A stretch of 64,000 nt of DNA, from NCBI GenBank assembly GCA_047601445.1, contig JASGJH010000001.1, positions 7,040,001 to 7,104,000 of the forward strand, written 5' to 3'. The stretch is from Myxococcales bacterium (GTDB lineage Bacteria > Myxococcota_A > Polyangia > Polyangiales > DASUME01). Positions 38,421-47,638 of this stretch are shown here, in pieces (position 1 is the first letter of the stretch; each line of letters opens with the position of its first letter). The notes under the pieces were generated by a model that did no database searches, was not told where the DNA came from, and saw only the letters and a program-made list of their open reading frames with translations. A program made the translations under genes and the position numbers.

Positions 38421-39479
38421 ATGGGATTGCGACGCTCATTCACTCTGCTCGGTACGATGTTCCTCTTGAGTTCAGCTGGCTGTGGAGATGAGTCTGAAAG
38501 CGGGCCTCTCGATATCGGCCCGGACAGCAGCGTTGGCGACGGCGATGCCACAGGTGATGGTGATGGCGATGCCACTGGTGATGGTGATGGCGACACCACC
38601 GGCAATGGTGATGGCGATGGCGACGCCCCAGGTGATGGTGATGGCGACACCACCGGCAATGGTGACGGTGATGGTGATGGCGATGCCACTGGTGATGGCG
38701 ATGCATCCGGGTCCGTCTTTCCAGACGTGAAGGACTTTGCTGCCAAGGGCTCATTTTCCGTGACCACGGGGCCCAACCCGGCAGGTTGCACCATCTATCG
38801 TCCCAGCACGCTCGGCGAGATGGGTCGCAGGCACCCGGTGATCCTTTGGGGCAACGGTACCGGAACCACTCCGGTCGTCTACGATGGAGTGCTGAGGCAC
38901 TGGGCCAGCCATGGCTTCATCGCCGCGGCGGCCAACACCAGCAACGCGGGCACGGGCAAAGAGATGCTGGCCTGCCTCGACTACCTCACTCAGCAGAACG
39001 GAGCTGCCGGTAACCCGTACGCGGGCAAGGTCGATCTGGACCGTGTCGGGAGTTCGGGCCACTCGCAAGGAGGAGGAGGAGCGATCATGGCGGGCGCCGA
39101 TTCACGGGTCGACGTGAGCGCGCCCCTTCAGCCGTACATCAGCTTCATTCCCGGTGGAGGAGCGTTCAACAAGAGCTCCCTCGTCAATCAGACCGGCCCA
39201 ATGTTCCTCATGTCCGGCTCGGCTGACACCATCGCGGTACCCGCACAGCAGCAGCAGCCAGTGTTCGACGCCGTCACGGTTCCCATTTTCTGGGGCACGC
39301 TCGAGGGAGCGACTCACACCGGCACCGCGGTCGGCAACATCAACGGCTATCGCGGTCCCGCCACCGCGTGGTTTCGGCTGCATCTGATGAACGACCAGAC
39401 CGCACGCAGCACGTTCTACGGCTCGTCATGCGGGCTCTGCTCGGATCCGAAGTGGACGGTGAAGAAGAAGAACTTCTGA
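38421..39479 (+). CDS. alpha/beta-hydrolase lipoprotein (cutinase/polyesterase-like) with GD-repeat linker
   Basis: AGC lipobox; ILWGNGTG, GHSQGGGG, SGSADTI, GATH; terminal CGLC. Confidence 0.85.
   Translation: MGLRRSFTLLGTMFLLSSAGCGDESESGPLDIGPDSSVGDGDATGDGDGDATGDGDGDTTGNGDGDGDAPGDGDGDTTGNGDGDGDGDATGDGDASGSVFPDVKDFAAKGSFSVTTGPNPAGCTIYRPSTLGEMGRRHPVILWGNGTGTTPVVYDGVLRHWASHGFIAAAANTSNAGTGKEMLACLDYLTQQNGAAGNPYAGKVDLDRVGSSGHSQGGGGAIMAGADSRVDVSAPLQPYISFIPGGGAFNKSSLVNQTGPMFLMSGSADTIAVPAQQQQPVFDAVTVPIFWGTLEGATHTGTAVGNINGYRGPATAWFRLHLMNDQTARSTFYGSSCGLCSDPKWTVKKKNF
38535..38705 (+). repeat. GGTGAT-type low-complexity repeat encoding a (GD)n/T linker
   Basis: Read directly. Confidence 0.85.
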
Positions 39480-39499
39480 GAGCGAGAGGATGCGCGGGA

Positions 39500-40939
39500 C
39501 TACCCTTTCTCCCGCATCTCCAACGGGTCGACCTGGAGCTGCTCGCACCAGCGGTAGATCTGTCGGCGATCCTTGAAGAAGTAAATTGCCACCTGGGCCA
39601 CGTTCCCCTTGTAGTGCCGCAGTACGCTCCGGAGCTGCTCGGCGGAAGGCTTGAGTCGCCGCGCTACACCCAGCACCCCCACGTCCCGGTCGAGCGCGGG
39701 TGCCGTGGCCAACTCGCCTGTGTCGTCCTGCTCGGGTGCTCGCGCTCTGATTAGGTCCGAGCGCGACCTTAGAGAGGCCGGAAGATGGCGGCACTCGAGT
39801 CGGCTGTCCGAGCTCGCGCTCGATGCCATGGTCGCCATGACCTGTTCGAGCTCACGAACGTTGAAGGGCCAGTCGTGGGTCAGCAGTACCTCCGCGACGT
39901 CGGGGCTGAACTCTAGCCTTGCCCGCGCGCGGGAATCGGCACGCGACCCGTGACCCGGTGATGACATGAGGAAACGCCTGGCCAGCTCGAGGATGTCTTC
40001 CTTGCGCTTGCGGAGAGGCGGAACCTCGATCACCGCCGCCCTCAGGCGCCCGTAGAGGTCGCCGCGAAACGCGCCCCGTGCCGCGCCGGCCTCGATGTCT
40101 ACATGGGTGGCAGCGATCACCCGGGCGTCTACCGAGTGGAACCTTCGACTCCCGACGCGCCGCACTTCACCCGTCGCGAGCACGCGGAGAAGGCTTACCT
40201 GGAGAGGCATGGGCATGTCGCCAATCTCATCCAGGAAGATGGTGCCGCCGTCGGCCTCGTCGAACAGGCCGCTGCGCTCTTGCAACGCCCCTGTGAATGC
40301 CCCCGCGTCGTGCCCGAACAGCTCACTTTCGATCAGGTTCGCTGGCAGCGCCCCACAGTTCACCGGGACCATGGCCCCCTTTCGACCACTTACGCGATGG
40401 AGCGCCCGCGCGACCAGCTCCTTCCCAACCCCCGTCTCGCCAAGGATGAGAACTGGGTGGTCGGCTGGAGCGAATTGCTCGATTTTGCGAAGAACGGCGA
40501 GTAGGCGAGGGCTCTGGCCCGTCAGCTCAGTCAGGCTCAGCCGGCCGCCCCCCATCAGGGCTGCGCGAGTCTCCTCGTCCAATGCCTGCAGTACGAAGAG
40601 ATGCGACCCGATGCGAATGACATCGCCATCGACGAGCTCGGCAGATTCGGTGAGCTGACCGTTGACCGCAACGCCATTCTTGCTCGCGAGATCGCGAATG
40701 CGGATGCCGAGCTCGCTAGCCTCGATGCAGGCGTGACTCCGTGAGGCCTTTGGATCGTGGAGAACCAGGGCATTGCCGTGCTCGACCTTGCGACCAATTA
40801 CAAGGGGCAACTGGTCCAACAACTGAACCTGGCCGACGCTGGTCGGTTCAGGTCCGTAGACCAACACGAGTCGAAACAGGTGAGGTGGCCGGCGTGTGGA
40901 CTCTCGATCCGGGCCCTCCGTGTCTACGCTGGAAGTCAT
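39500..40939 (-). CDS. FHA-domain sigma54-dependent enhancer-binding protein
   Basis: IGR..SRSH..SKNG FHA; GETGVGKE, ESELFGH, GAFTGA, FLDEIG, WPFNVREL; HTH. Confidence 0.93.
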   Translation of the reverse strand: MTSSVDTEGPDRESTRRPPHLFRLVLVYGPEPTSVGQVQLLDQLPLVIGRKVEHGNALVLHDPKASRSHACIEASELGIRIRDLASKNGVAVNGQLTESAELVDGDVIRIGSHLFVLQALDEETRAALMGGGRLSLTELTGQSPRLLAVLRKIEQFAPADHPVLILGETGVGKELVARALHRVSGRKGAMVPVNCGALPANLIESELFGHDAGAFTGALQERSGLFDEADGGTIFLDEIGDMPMPLQVSLLRVLATGEVRRVGSRRFHSVDARVIAATHVDIEAGAARGAFRGDLYGRLRAAVIEVPPLRKRKEDILELARRFLMSSPGHGSRADSRARARLEFSPDVAEVLLTHDWPFNVRELEQVMATMASSASSDSRLECRHLPASLRSRSDLIRARAPEQDDTGELATAPALDRDVGVLGVARRLKPSAEQLRSVLRHYKGNVAQVAIYFFKDRRQIYRWCEQLQVDPLEMREKG

Positions 40940-41084
40940 TCACCACCTGCAAAGCGAGCAGTGAACCATATCACGCAAGCACGTTGCCCACCGGATGTCT
41001 ACAACCGCGGCGTACCCTAACCGATGCGTCAGCGTTGTCATTTGGTCGCGGAACACACCGATCCGGAGCGAGCTTTGACAACGT

Positions 41085-44000
41085 TTGGTGCTGCGCTGGT
41101 ACGATTCCTCCTCGGCACCCCCGATGAGTAGAACGAGCCGCAGTCATCCAGGAAGACGAAGAGGCGGGGGCGAGCGGGGATCGTCGGGCGAACCGGTGCA
41201 GCACGCTGCGGGAGCGCTGATCGACGGACGCTATCGCGTCGAGGGCCGTCTCGGAGCTGGCGGAATGGGCGTGGTCTACGCCGTTGGCGACGAAGGAACA
41301 GGCCAACGGGTCGCTCTCAAGCAGCTCAGTTCGGGGGCAGGAAGAGAGGCGCAGGAGCTCTTCGAGCAGGAGTATCGCGTCCTCGCGGGGCTGAGGCATG
41401 CCCGCATCGTGCGGGCCTATGACTTTGGCGTCGACCGAGGCGCGCCCTATTACACGATGACGCTGCTCAGCGGAGGCGACCTGAGTGCCGCGCCGCCCAT
41501 GCCGTGGCGACAAGTATGCGCGACACTCCGTGACGTGGCATCGGTCCTCGGCGTGCTGCACGCGCGCCGAATGGTCCATCGAGATATCAGCCCGAGGAAT
41601 CTATGGCGGACACTGGATGGCCGCATCCAGCTGCTGGATTTCGGCGCGATGGCCGATTTCGGTGTTCAGTCGACACGGATTGGCACAGCTCCCTTCATGC
41701 CGCCCGAGGCCGTGAAGAGCGAGGCTCTGGATGGGCGCTCGGACTTGTATGCGCTCGGCGCGCTCGGATACTGGCTCCTCACGACCACCCACGCTTATCG
41801 CGCACGGCGCATGGATGAACTGCCGGGGTTGTGGCTGCGCCCTCCCGCATCTCCATCGGACCTCGTCTCGATGATTGAAGGAGCAGATCGCAGCATCCCC
41901 AAGGAGCTCGACGACTTGTTGCTCGCCATGCTGGCCCTCGACGCCGATGCGCGGCCCGCGAATACCACGGAGGTCATTGACCGCCTCAACTACCTCGCAG
42001 ACCTCGTGCCCGAAGCTGAGGCCGAGGTTCTCCATGGTTACTTGGAAAGCAAGGCCTTCGTGGGGCGGCGCCGCGAGCTGAGCGTTCTGGATCGACAGTT
42101 CCGCCGAGCGGCGCAGGCGGGTCCCACGGCCTCCTTGGTGAGCGGGCCCGCGGGCAGTGGACGCAGTCGCTTGCTCGAGGAAGCGGCGATGGCCGCACGC
42201 GTCGAAGGTGCAGCGACTGTTGCGGTGGGACGCACGGCCGGACAAGAGCCATATGCCGGCGCGACCGCATTGGGCCTCGAACTGTTGCGTGCGATGCCGC
42301 GCCAAGCGCGGGAAGCCGCCGCCCCGATCATGACGGTGCTGTCGAGCGTCTCGGGACAGCTTGGCCAGGCGTTGCAAGGCGGTGCGATTGCAACCGCCCC
42401 CGCCGGCCCCTACGACCGCGGTGAGAAGCAGGCGGCACTGCAAAGCTGGATCGCGAGTCTGTCCCGCCAACGTACCTTGGTCATTCTCGTCGATGACGTC
42501 GACTTCCTCGACGAAGAGTCGCAGGCGCTGTTTGTCGCGCTGACGACGCTCGAGGCTGGGCACCGGCTTGCGCTGGTGGTATCGAGTTGCGCGGACTCGG
42601 TGCTCGCAGCGCGGTCGCCTGTGCACCACCTACAGAGCGCTTCCCGCACCCTTCCTCTCGCTCCGCTCAGCCCGGAGGAGACATTCGAGCTCTTGCGTTC
42701 CACGTTCAACGACGTCCCTTATCTGGAGAGGCTCGCCGCGCAGCTGCACGGCGCTTCACACGGCAACCCCCGACATTGCTTGATGCTCGCGGATCAGCTC
42801 GTGCATTTGAAGGTCATCGTCTATGCAGACGGTGCATTCCAGCTGCCGCGAGAGTTTCCGGAGATCGCGCTTCCCGAGGGCATTCACGACAGCATTCTCG
42901 GGACCATCGACCGTTTGTCGACATCGGCACGGCAGCTGGCTCGCCTGCTGTCGGTGCCCGATCACGGAACACTGACGCTTGCCATGATCATGGCCGCATC
43001 GGGACGAGATGTCGGTCAAGCGAACGCAAGCCTGGAGGAACTGATCAGGCGTCGCGTACTGCACGGCTCGGTCGCGGGCTACGGATTCGTGCACGCGGCC
43101 TCGCGCGAGAAGCTCTGCGGGGAGCTGTCGGATCTGGAGCGCAAACGGGTCCACCAGGCCATCGCTCAGCACCTGGAAGCCCAGGCGGGCGTCAGCGCTC
43201 TCGGAAAGCTGAGGGCGGGCGTCCACTGGCTGCACGCAGGAGACCTGACCCGCGCTGAACCTCTCATCTTCGAAGCGGGCCTGGCACACACGCAGGGCAT
43301 CCACGGCGAGGAGCTGCGCGTTGCGGCACCGATGTTCGCCGAGTGCGACCGTCTGTTCCGGGCGCTGGGCCGCGATGATCATGCGCTGTACTTGCCGCTC
43401 GGGGCGCTCGCGCTCGCCAGCTACTTCGCAGACCAACGATACTCTCAGGAGTACGGCGCGCGCGCCATCGCCGTGCTGAGCGACGGGATCGGGCTGACGC
43501 TGGCGGGCCGCCTCGAACGTTGGCTCGGAGCGAGGCTCGCGCTCATCGTCTCTTTGGTCGTTGCAGGGTTGCGCCTGCGTCGGCGGGACTACGCCCCCGA
43601 TCTCAAGCGTCTGATCTACGTGATGGTGGCCGCTGCCACCGCGATGGCCGGGCACGCAGGGGTGTGCGTCGATCCCGAAGCCGTGCGGCGCCACACAGCG
43701 GGGCTGCGCAAGCTGGGCACGCTCCGGAGCGCCGACGTGGCTCGTCTGTTGGCGGAGTTCAACGAGGCCATCGCGCTCAATGCGGAAGGCAAGAGCCACG
43801 CGGCTCAGACTCTGCTCAGCAAGGTGATCGCGGATCTGGAGACGCCGGACGCGCTGCCCACCATGGCAGCCGACGCACGCCGAAACTTCCTGGCCGGTGC
43901 GCTCGGTATCCATGCGGCGCACGACCTCGGATTGATCAGCGACAGATGTCTCTTCACTGCGGACAAGATGGAGAAATACGGCGGTGTCCATGCCGTCTGG

Positions 44001-45233
44001 GCGAGCCAGGTTCGTGCGATCTACTACGACAGCATCGGCCAGGCCGATCGTGCTGCGCACTTTCGTAGGGAGGTGGAGCTCGGGATCATCAGGCTCGGAA
44101 GTGCGTGGCAAGTCGATACGTGGCGCGCGCCGGTGCAGGTCCTCTCCTTCCCGGAAGACCCCTCCGCCTTCAGGCGGATGGCCGAGGAGATGGAGCGGCT
44201 CAGCGGTACGGCCCCCAGCTACGAGGCGTACGCGCGCTGGAACCGCGCAGCCTATCTGGTGTTGCGTGGGCGCTACGAAGACGCGCTCGCGCTGTATCGA
44301 GGAGAACAGGAGCCTAGGAACATCGTGGCGTCCATCCAGGCGTGCGGCTGGTTCGCCGCAGCCATGAATGGAGTCGGGGCTCATGAGCGTGCCCAGGCGT
44401 CCTGCGTGGCCGCGCTCGCGCGCATCGAGCCTGAAGATCGACACAGACCGGCTCATTCGATCCGACTGGAAGTGGAGTTGGCAGTCGCCGAGGCCGGGCT
44501 CGGACAGCACGAACGCGCTCATGAACGTGTCGACGCCCTGTTCGCGCGGCACGTGCCGCACACGGGACCCGTCGTGCGCGGTTACCTTCACAGCGGGCGC
44601 GCTCGCGTCTTCTTGTTGGCCGGCGACGTCGCGGGCTACGAGCAGGCGGTCGCCGCGGCCGCGCTGGCCTATGCGCCACTCAACGTCCCGTTCCTGCATG
44701 AACGCATCGCGGTGATGCGACGTATCGTGTCCGAACGCTCGGAAGGCGTCCCGCCGCACGAGGTCTCGCTGCACGACTCTCACCTGCTCACCCGCGTGCA
44801 GTTGCGCCTAGCCAGCGTGTCGACTGCTGACGACCGCGCGCGACACGATGCGGCATTGCTTGCCATGCTCGAGGTCGCGGGCACTGAGATCGGCTTCATC
44901 GTGCGCACGACGGGCGAGTGCGTGGCCCCCCGCGGTGTGACGCTGACACCAGAGGTCGTTTGCTGGGCCGAGGCACATCTCGCGGGTTCGTTTCGAGACG
45001 AAGCCACCGAGGTTCAGGAGACCACAGTCCCTTCCGAATCCGCTCGGCAAGCGGACACGCTCACCTGTGCCGGGGTCGCCTATCGTACTCACATCCTGCA
45101 GACCCGTGTCGGAGAGCTGCTCGGGGCACTCGTACTTGGCTCTGTCGCGGTCGTTCCTGCTCCCTTGCCGCGAAAGATCCTGGCCATGCTTGCGGAGTAT
45201 CTCGTGCCCGAACGACGTAGCGGTGCCGTGTAG
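41085..45233 (+). CDS. Ser/Thr kinase - AAA-like - helical-repeat protein
   Basis: GAGGMGVVY, VALK, HRDISPRN, DFG; FVGRRRE; GPAGSGRS; start uncertain. Confidence 0.88.
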   Translation: MVLRWYDSSSAPPMSRTSRSHPGRRRGGGERGSSGEPVQHAAGALIDGRYRVEGRLGAGGMGVVYAVGDEGTGQRVALKQLSSGAGREAQELFEQEYRVLAGLRHARIVRAYDFGVDRGAPYYTMTLLSGGDLSAAPPMPWRQVCATLRDVASVLGVLHARRMVHRDISPRNLWRTLDGRIQLLDFGAMADFGVQSTRIGTAPFMPPEAVKSEALDGRSDLYALGALGYWLLTTTHAYRARRMDELPGLWLRPPASPSDLVSMIEGADRSIPKELDDLLLAMLALDADARPANTTEVIDRLNYLADLVPEAEAEVLHGYLESKAFVGRRRELSVLDRQFRRAAQAGPTASLVSGPAGSGRSRLLEEAAMAARVEGAATVAVGRTAGQEPYAGATALGLELLRAMPRQAREAAAPIMTVLSSVSGQLGQALQGGAIATAPAGPYDRGEKQAALQSWIASLSRQRTLVILVDDVDFLDEESQALFVALTTLEAGHRLALVVSSCADSVLAARSPVHHLQSASRTLPLAPLSPEETFELLRSTFNDVPYLERLAAQLHGASHGNPRHCLMLADQLVHLKVIVYADGAFQLPREFPEIALPEGIHDSILGTIDRLSTSARQLARLLSVPDHGTLTLAMIMAASGRDVGQANASLEELIRRRVLHGSVAGYGFVHAASREKLCGELSDLERKRVHQAIAQHLEAQAGVSALGKLRAGVHWLHAGDLTRAEPLIFEAGLAHTQGIHGEELRVAAPMFAECDRLFRALGRDDHALYLPLGALALASYFADQRYSQEYGARAIAVLSDGIGLTLAGRLERWLGARLALIVSLVVAGLRLRRRDYAPDLKRLIYVMVAAATAMAGHAGVCVDPEAVRRHTAGLRKLGTLRSADVARLLAEFNEAIALNAEGKSHAAQTLLSKVIADLETPDALPTMAADARRNFLAGALGIHAAHDLGLISDRCLFTADKMEKYGGVHAVWASQVRAIYYDSIGQADRAAHFRREVELGIIRLGSAWQVDTWRAPVQVLSFPEDPSAFRRMAEEMERLSGTAPSYEAYARWNRAAYLVLRGRYEDALALYRGEQEPRNIVASIQACGWFAAAMNGVGAHERAQASCVAALARIEPEDRHRPAHSIRLEVELAVAEAGLGQHERAHERVDALFARHVPHTGPVVRGYLHSGRARVFLLAGDVAGYEQAVAAAALAYAPLNVPFLHERIAVMRRIVSERSEGVPPHEVSLHDSHLLTRVQLRLASVSTADDRARHDAALLAMLEVAGTEIGFIVRTTGECVAPRGVTLTPEVVCWAEAHLAGSFRDEATEVQETTVPSESARQADTLTCAGVAYRTHILQTRVGELLGALVLGSVAVVPAPLPRKILAMLAEYLVPERRSGAV

Positions 45234-45249
45234 CTCACGTTCGAGGGCG

Positions 45250-46026
45250 TTACTGACTCGGAGGCTCGGCTCGCAATCCGCGAATGAAGGTCACGAGCTC
45301 GGCGAGCTGTGCCGGCGAGAGGTCCGGGTGCGGCGGCATGCTGGGGCTGAGGTTGCGTGCGAGTCCGCCTTCGCGGATGGCTTGCGTGATGTCCGCGTCG
45401 GACACCGAGCTCTGCCACTGGGCATCGCTCAGGTTGCGCGGACGTGGATCCATCGCGGTGGCCGCCAAGCCGTCGCCGCGGCCCGAGGCGCCGTGGCAGC
45501 TCGCGCAGCGCCTGCTGAAGAGATCGAGCTCGGCTCGGGGGGCCGGGCTGGCTTCGAAGACGCTGGTACGCGCCAACGGACGAGCCTGCTTGAGACCGGG
45601 CCAGGGGATACCCACCAGAGCGAACAGTAGGAACGCGGCGCTGCCCTTGAGAATCACGCCGTGGCGCTCGGTGGGCTGCTCCTTACGGCGCGCGCGCACC
45701 TGCGCGATGTGCACGCAGGCGACTGCGATGAACATGGCGGTGATGTGCTCCACCGCGAAGAAGCGCAGGGGCGCGCTGCGCATCGCGACGCCCATATCCG
45801 CAAAAGCGCCGCGCACGATGGGGCTCAGCCACACGTAAAGGAGGAAGCCCAAGGTGAACTGAGCGTCGACCAGACCCACGAACAGGCGCCCACGTCGCTC
45901 ATCCTGAACGTTCCACTCGCGCTTTTGGCTCCGCGCACGCGCCGAGGCGACGAGGCTCCACAACGCTGCCAACAGGACGACCCAGCGCAGCCAGGAATGA
46001 ATGAATAGGACCACGGGGTACAGCAT
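45250..46026 (-). CDS. 4-TM membrane protein fused to a c-type cytochrome
   Basis: HSWLRW..EH..H TM domain; CASCHG heme motif; MPP distal Met. Confidence 0.82.
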   Translation of the reverse strand: MLYPVVLFIHSWLRWVVLLAALWSLVASARARSQKREWNVQDERRGRLFVGLVDAQFTLGFLLYVWLSPIVRGAFADMGVAMRSAPLRFFAVEHITAMFIAVACVHIAQVRARRKEQPTERHGVILKGSAAFLLFALVGIPWPGLKQARPLARTSVFEASPAPRAELDLFSRRCASCHGASGRGDGLAATAMDPRPRNLSDAQWQSSVSDADITQAIREGGLARNLSPSMPPHPDLSPAQLAELVTFIRGLRAEPPSQ

Positions 46027-46180
46027 GGCGAGTGCCAGTGTAGCCGCCGTCGGCCGAGCGCCCAGAGCCCGCGCCGAAGCGAAGTCTGGCACCCCCCGGC
46101 GTGCGCCGAGACGCGGGCAACAGGCGATGGACCGGCCGAACCCCTGGTGCGCCCGAGGAGCCCAGCGTAATTCATGGGCC

Positions 46181-47401
46181 ATGAAGCCATCGTCTGGTCT
46201 CGTGGTGGGTCGTCGTGCGAGTCTCGTCCTCGCTCTCTCTTTGCTCTGCGGGGGTACGCTGCGCGCTCAGGCCGCCCCGCCCGCTTCGGGCCAGCTCGAA
46301 GAGCGAGTGCGCACCCTGGTGGAGCAAAAGTTCGCGCCCAGTATCGCCAGCGGGGCGCCCTCGGAAGACAGGGCGCCCGGCGGCATCGTCGCGGTGTACG
46401 TGCAGGGCAAACGCCTGTTCTTTCCCTACGGTCGCATCGACGAGGCCGGCACGCCGCCCAGCCCCAACACGGTGTTCGGCCTGGCGTCCGTGACCAAGGT
46501 GCTCACCACGGCGATCTTCGGTCAGTCGCCCGAGTTGTTCGACGCCAAGGTGCGGGACCACGCGCCCGAGGTGTTCCAGCTCGAGGGGCCGCTTGCGGAC
46601 ATTACCTTCGGTCAGCTCGCCACCTACACCGCGGGCATCAGCCCGTCCGACCCGGACACGTGCAAGCGGGGCTGTGATCAGGCGGAGTTCGTGGAGTTCA
46701 TCAACTCACGTAAGCCCGCGCGACTGCCCGCCGAGGTGGACTACTCCAACAGCAGCATCGGCTTCCTCGGCCAGGTGTTGGTGGCCAAGAGCGGCGCCAA
46801 GAACTACGACACGCCGCAGGCCTTTCAGCGCTGGTATGAGGCCAATCTCTTCAAGCCGCTCAAGATGAACGCCACGGGTGTCGCGCCTGGCAAGAGTGAT
46901 CGCAAGCACCCGCTCTCCGCGGCCTTCGACTACGATCCCCGTAGCAAGTCCTACCGCGTCGTGGACTACGGTGGCTGGTGTCCGTGGGGCACAGCCGGGC
47001 GCGTGTTCTCTACGGCCGACGACATGCTCAACTTCGCGTCGGCAGCCGCCGGTGCGAGTAGTGTCTCCGGCAAGCCGGTTCCCAAGAAGGTGCGCGATGG
47101 ATTGCAGCGCGCCCTGGCGCCGCGCACTCCGATGCCCAAGGAGAACGGGAGCGAGCAGGGGTATGCCTGGATCGTCAAGCCGGAGGACGCCAAGAACCAC
47201 TCGCGCATGCGCACCAAGAACGGTGGCCTTGCGGGCATCAGCTCGGCGGTGCTCGTGAACCCCGACCTGCAGATCGCGGTGGTGGTGCTGACCAACATGG
47301 TGAAGGTGCACTCGGTGGAGGCCGGCAAGGCGATCATGAACGGACTCGAGAACATGGTGGCCGAGCAGCCCTCCGAGAGCGGTCCGCGCGCACGTCACTG
47401 A
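46181..47401 (+). CDS. secreted serine hydrolase, beta-lactamase class C-like
   Basis: SVTK, YSN and KNG motifs; signal peptide. Confidence 0.85.
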   Translation: MKPSSGLVVGRRASLVLALSLLCGGTLRAQAAPPASGQLEERVRTLVEQKFAPSIASGAPSEDRAPGGIVAVYVQGKRLFFPYGRIDEAGTPPSPNTVFGLASVTKVLTTAIFGQSPELFDAKVRDHAPEVFQLEGPLADITFGQLATYTAGISPSDPDTCKRGCDQAEFVEFINSRKPARLPAEVDYSNSSIGFLGQVLVAKSGAKNYDTPQAFQRWYEANLFKPLKMNATGVAPGKSDRKHPLSAAFDYDPRSKSYRVVDYGGWCPWGTAGRVFSTADDMLNFASAAAGASSVSGKPVPKKVRDGLQRALAPRTPMPKENGSEQGYAWIVKPEDAKNHSRMRTKNGGLAGISSAVLVNPDLQIAVVVLTNMVKVHSVEAGKAIMNGLENMVAEQPSESGPRARH

Positions 47402-47590
47402 TCTACCTGGCAGTGGCGAAGCGACACATGCGGCATGGCCGCGCGCCACACGCCATCGTTTTCATGGACGAAGTCGTTCCGCGCAGGGCGCGCTGACCTC
47501 CCCGCGAGCGCACGCAGTTTCCACGCCGAGCCTCGTGCTCCAGGCTCGATCCGTCCATGTCGAGCGCGCGGATCTGCGCGCGGGCACGAA

Positions 47591-47606
47591 TGGTGCGCTG
47601 CTTGCA
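47591..47606 (+). promoter_or_regulatory. sigma54 promoter candidate
   Basis: TGGTGCGCTGCTTGCA, GG-N10-GC, 33 nt before the ATG. Confidence 0.6.
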
Positions 47607-47638
47607 CTCCCGCGTGGGTAGCGAGAGGGGCGAAAACC

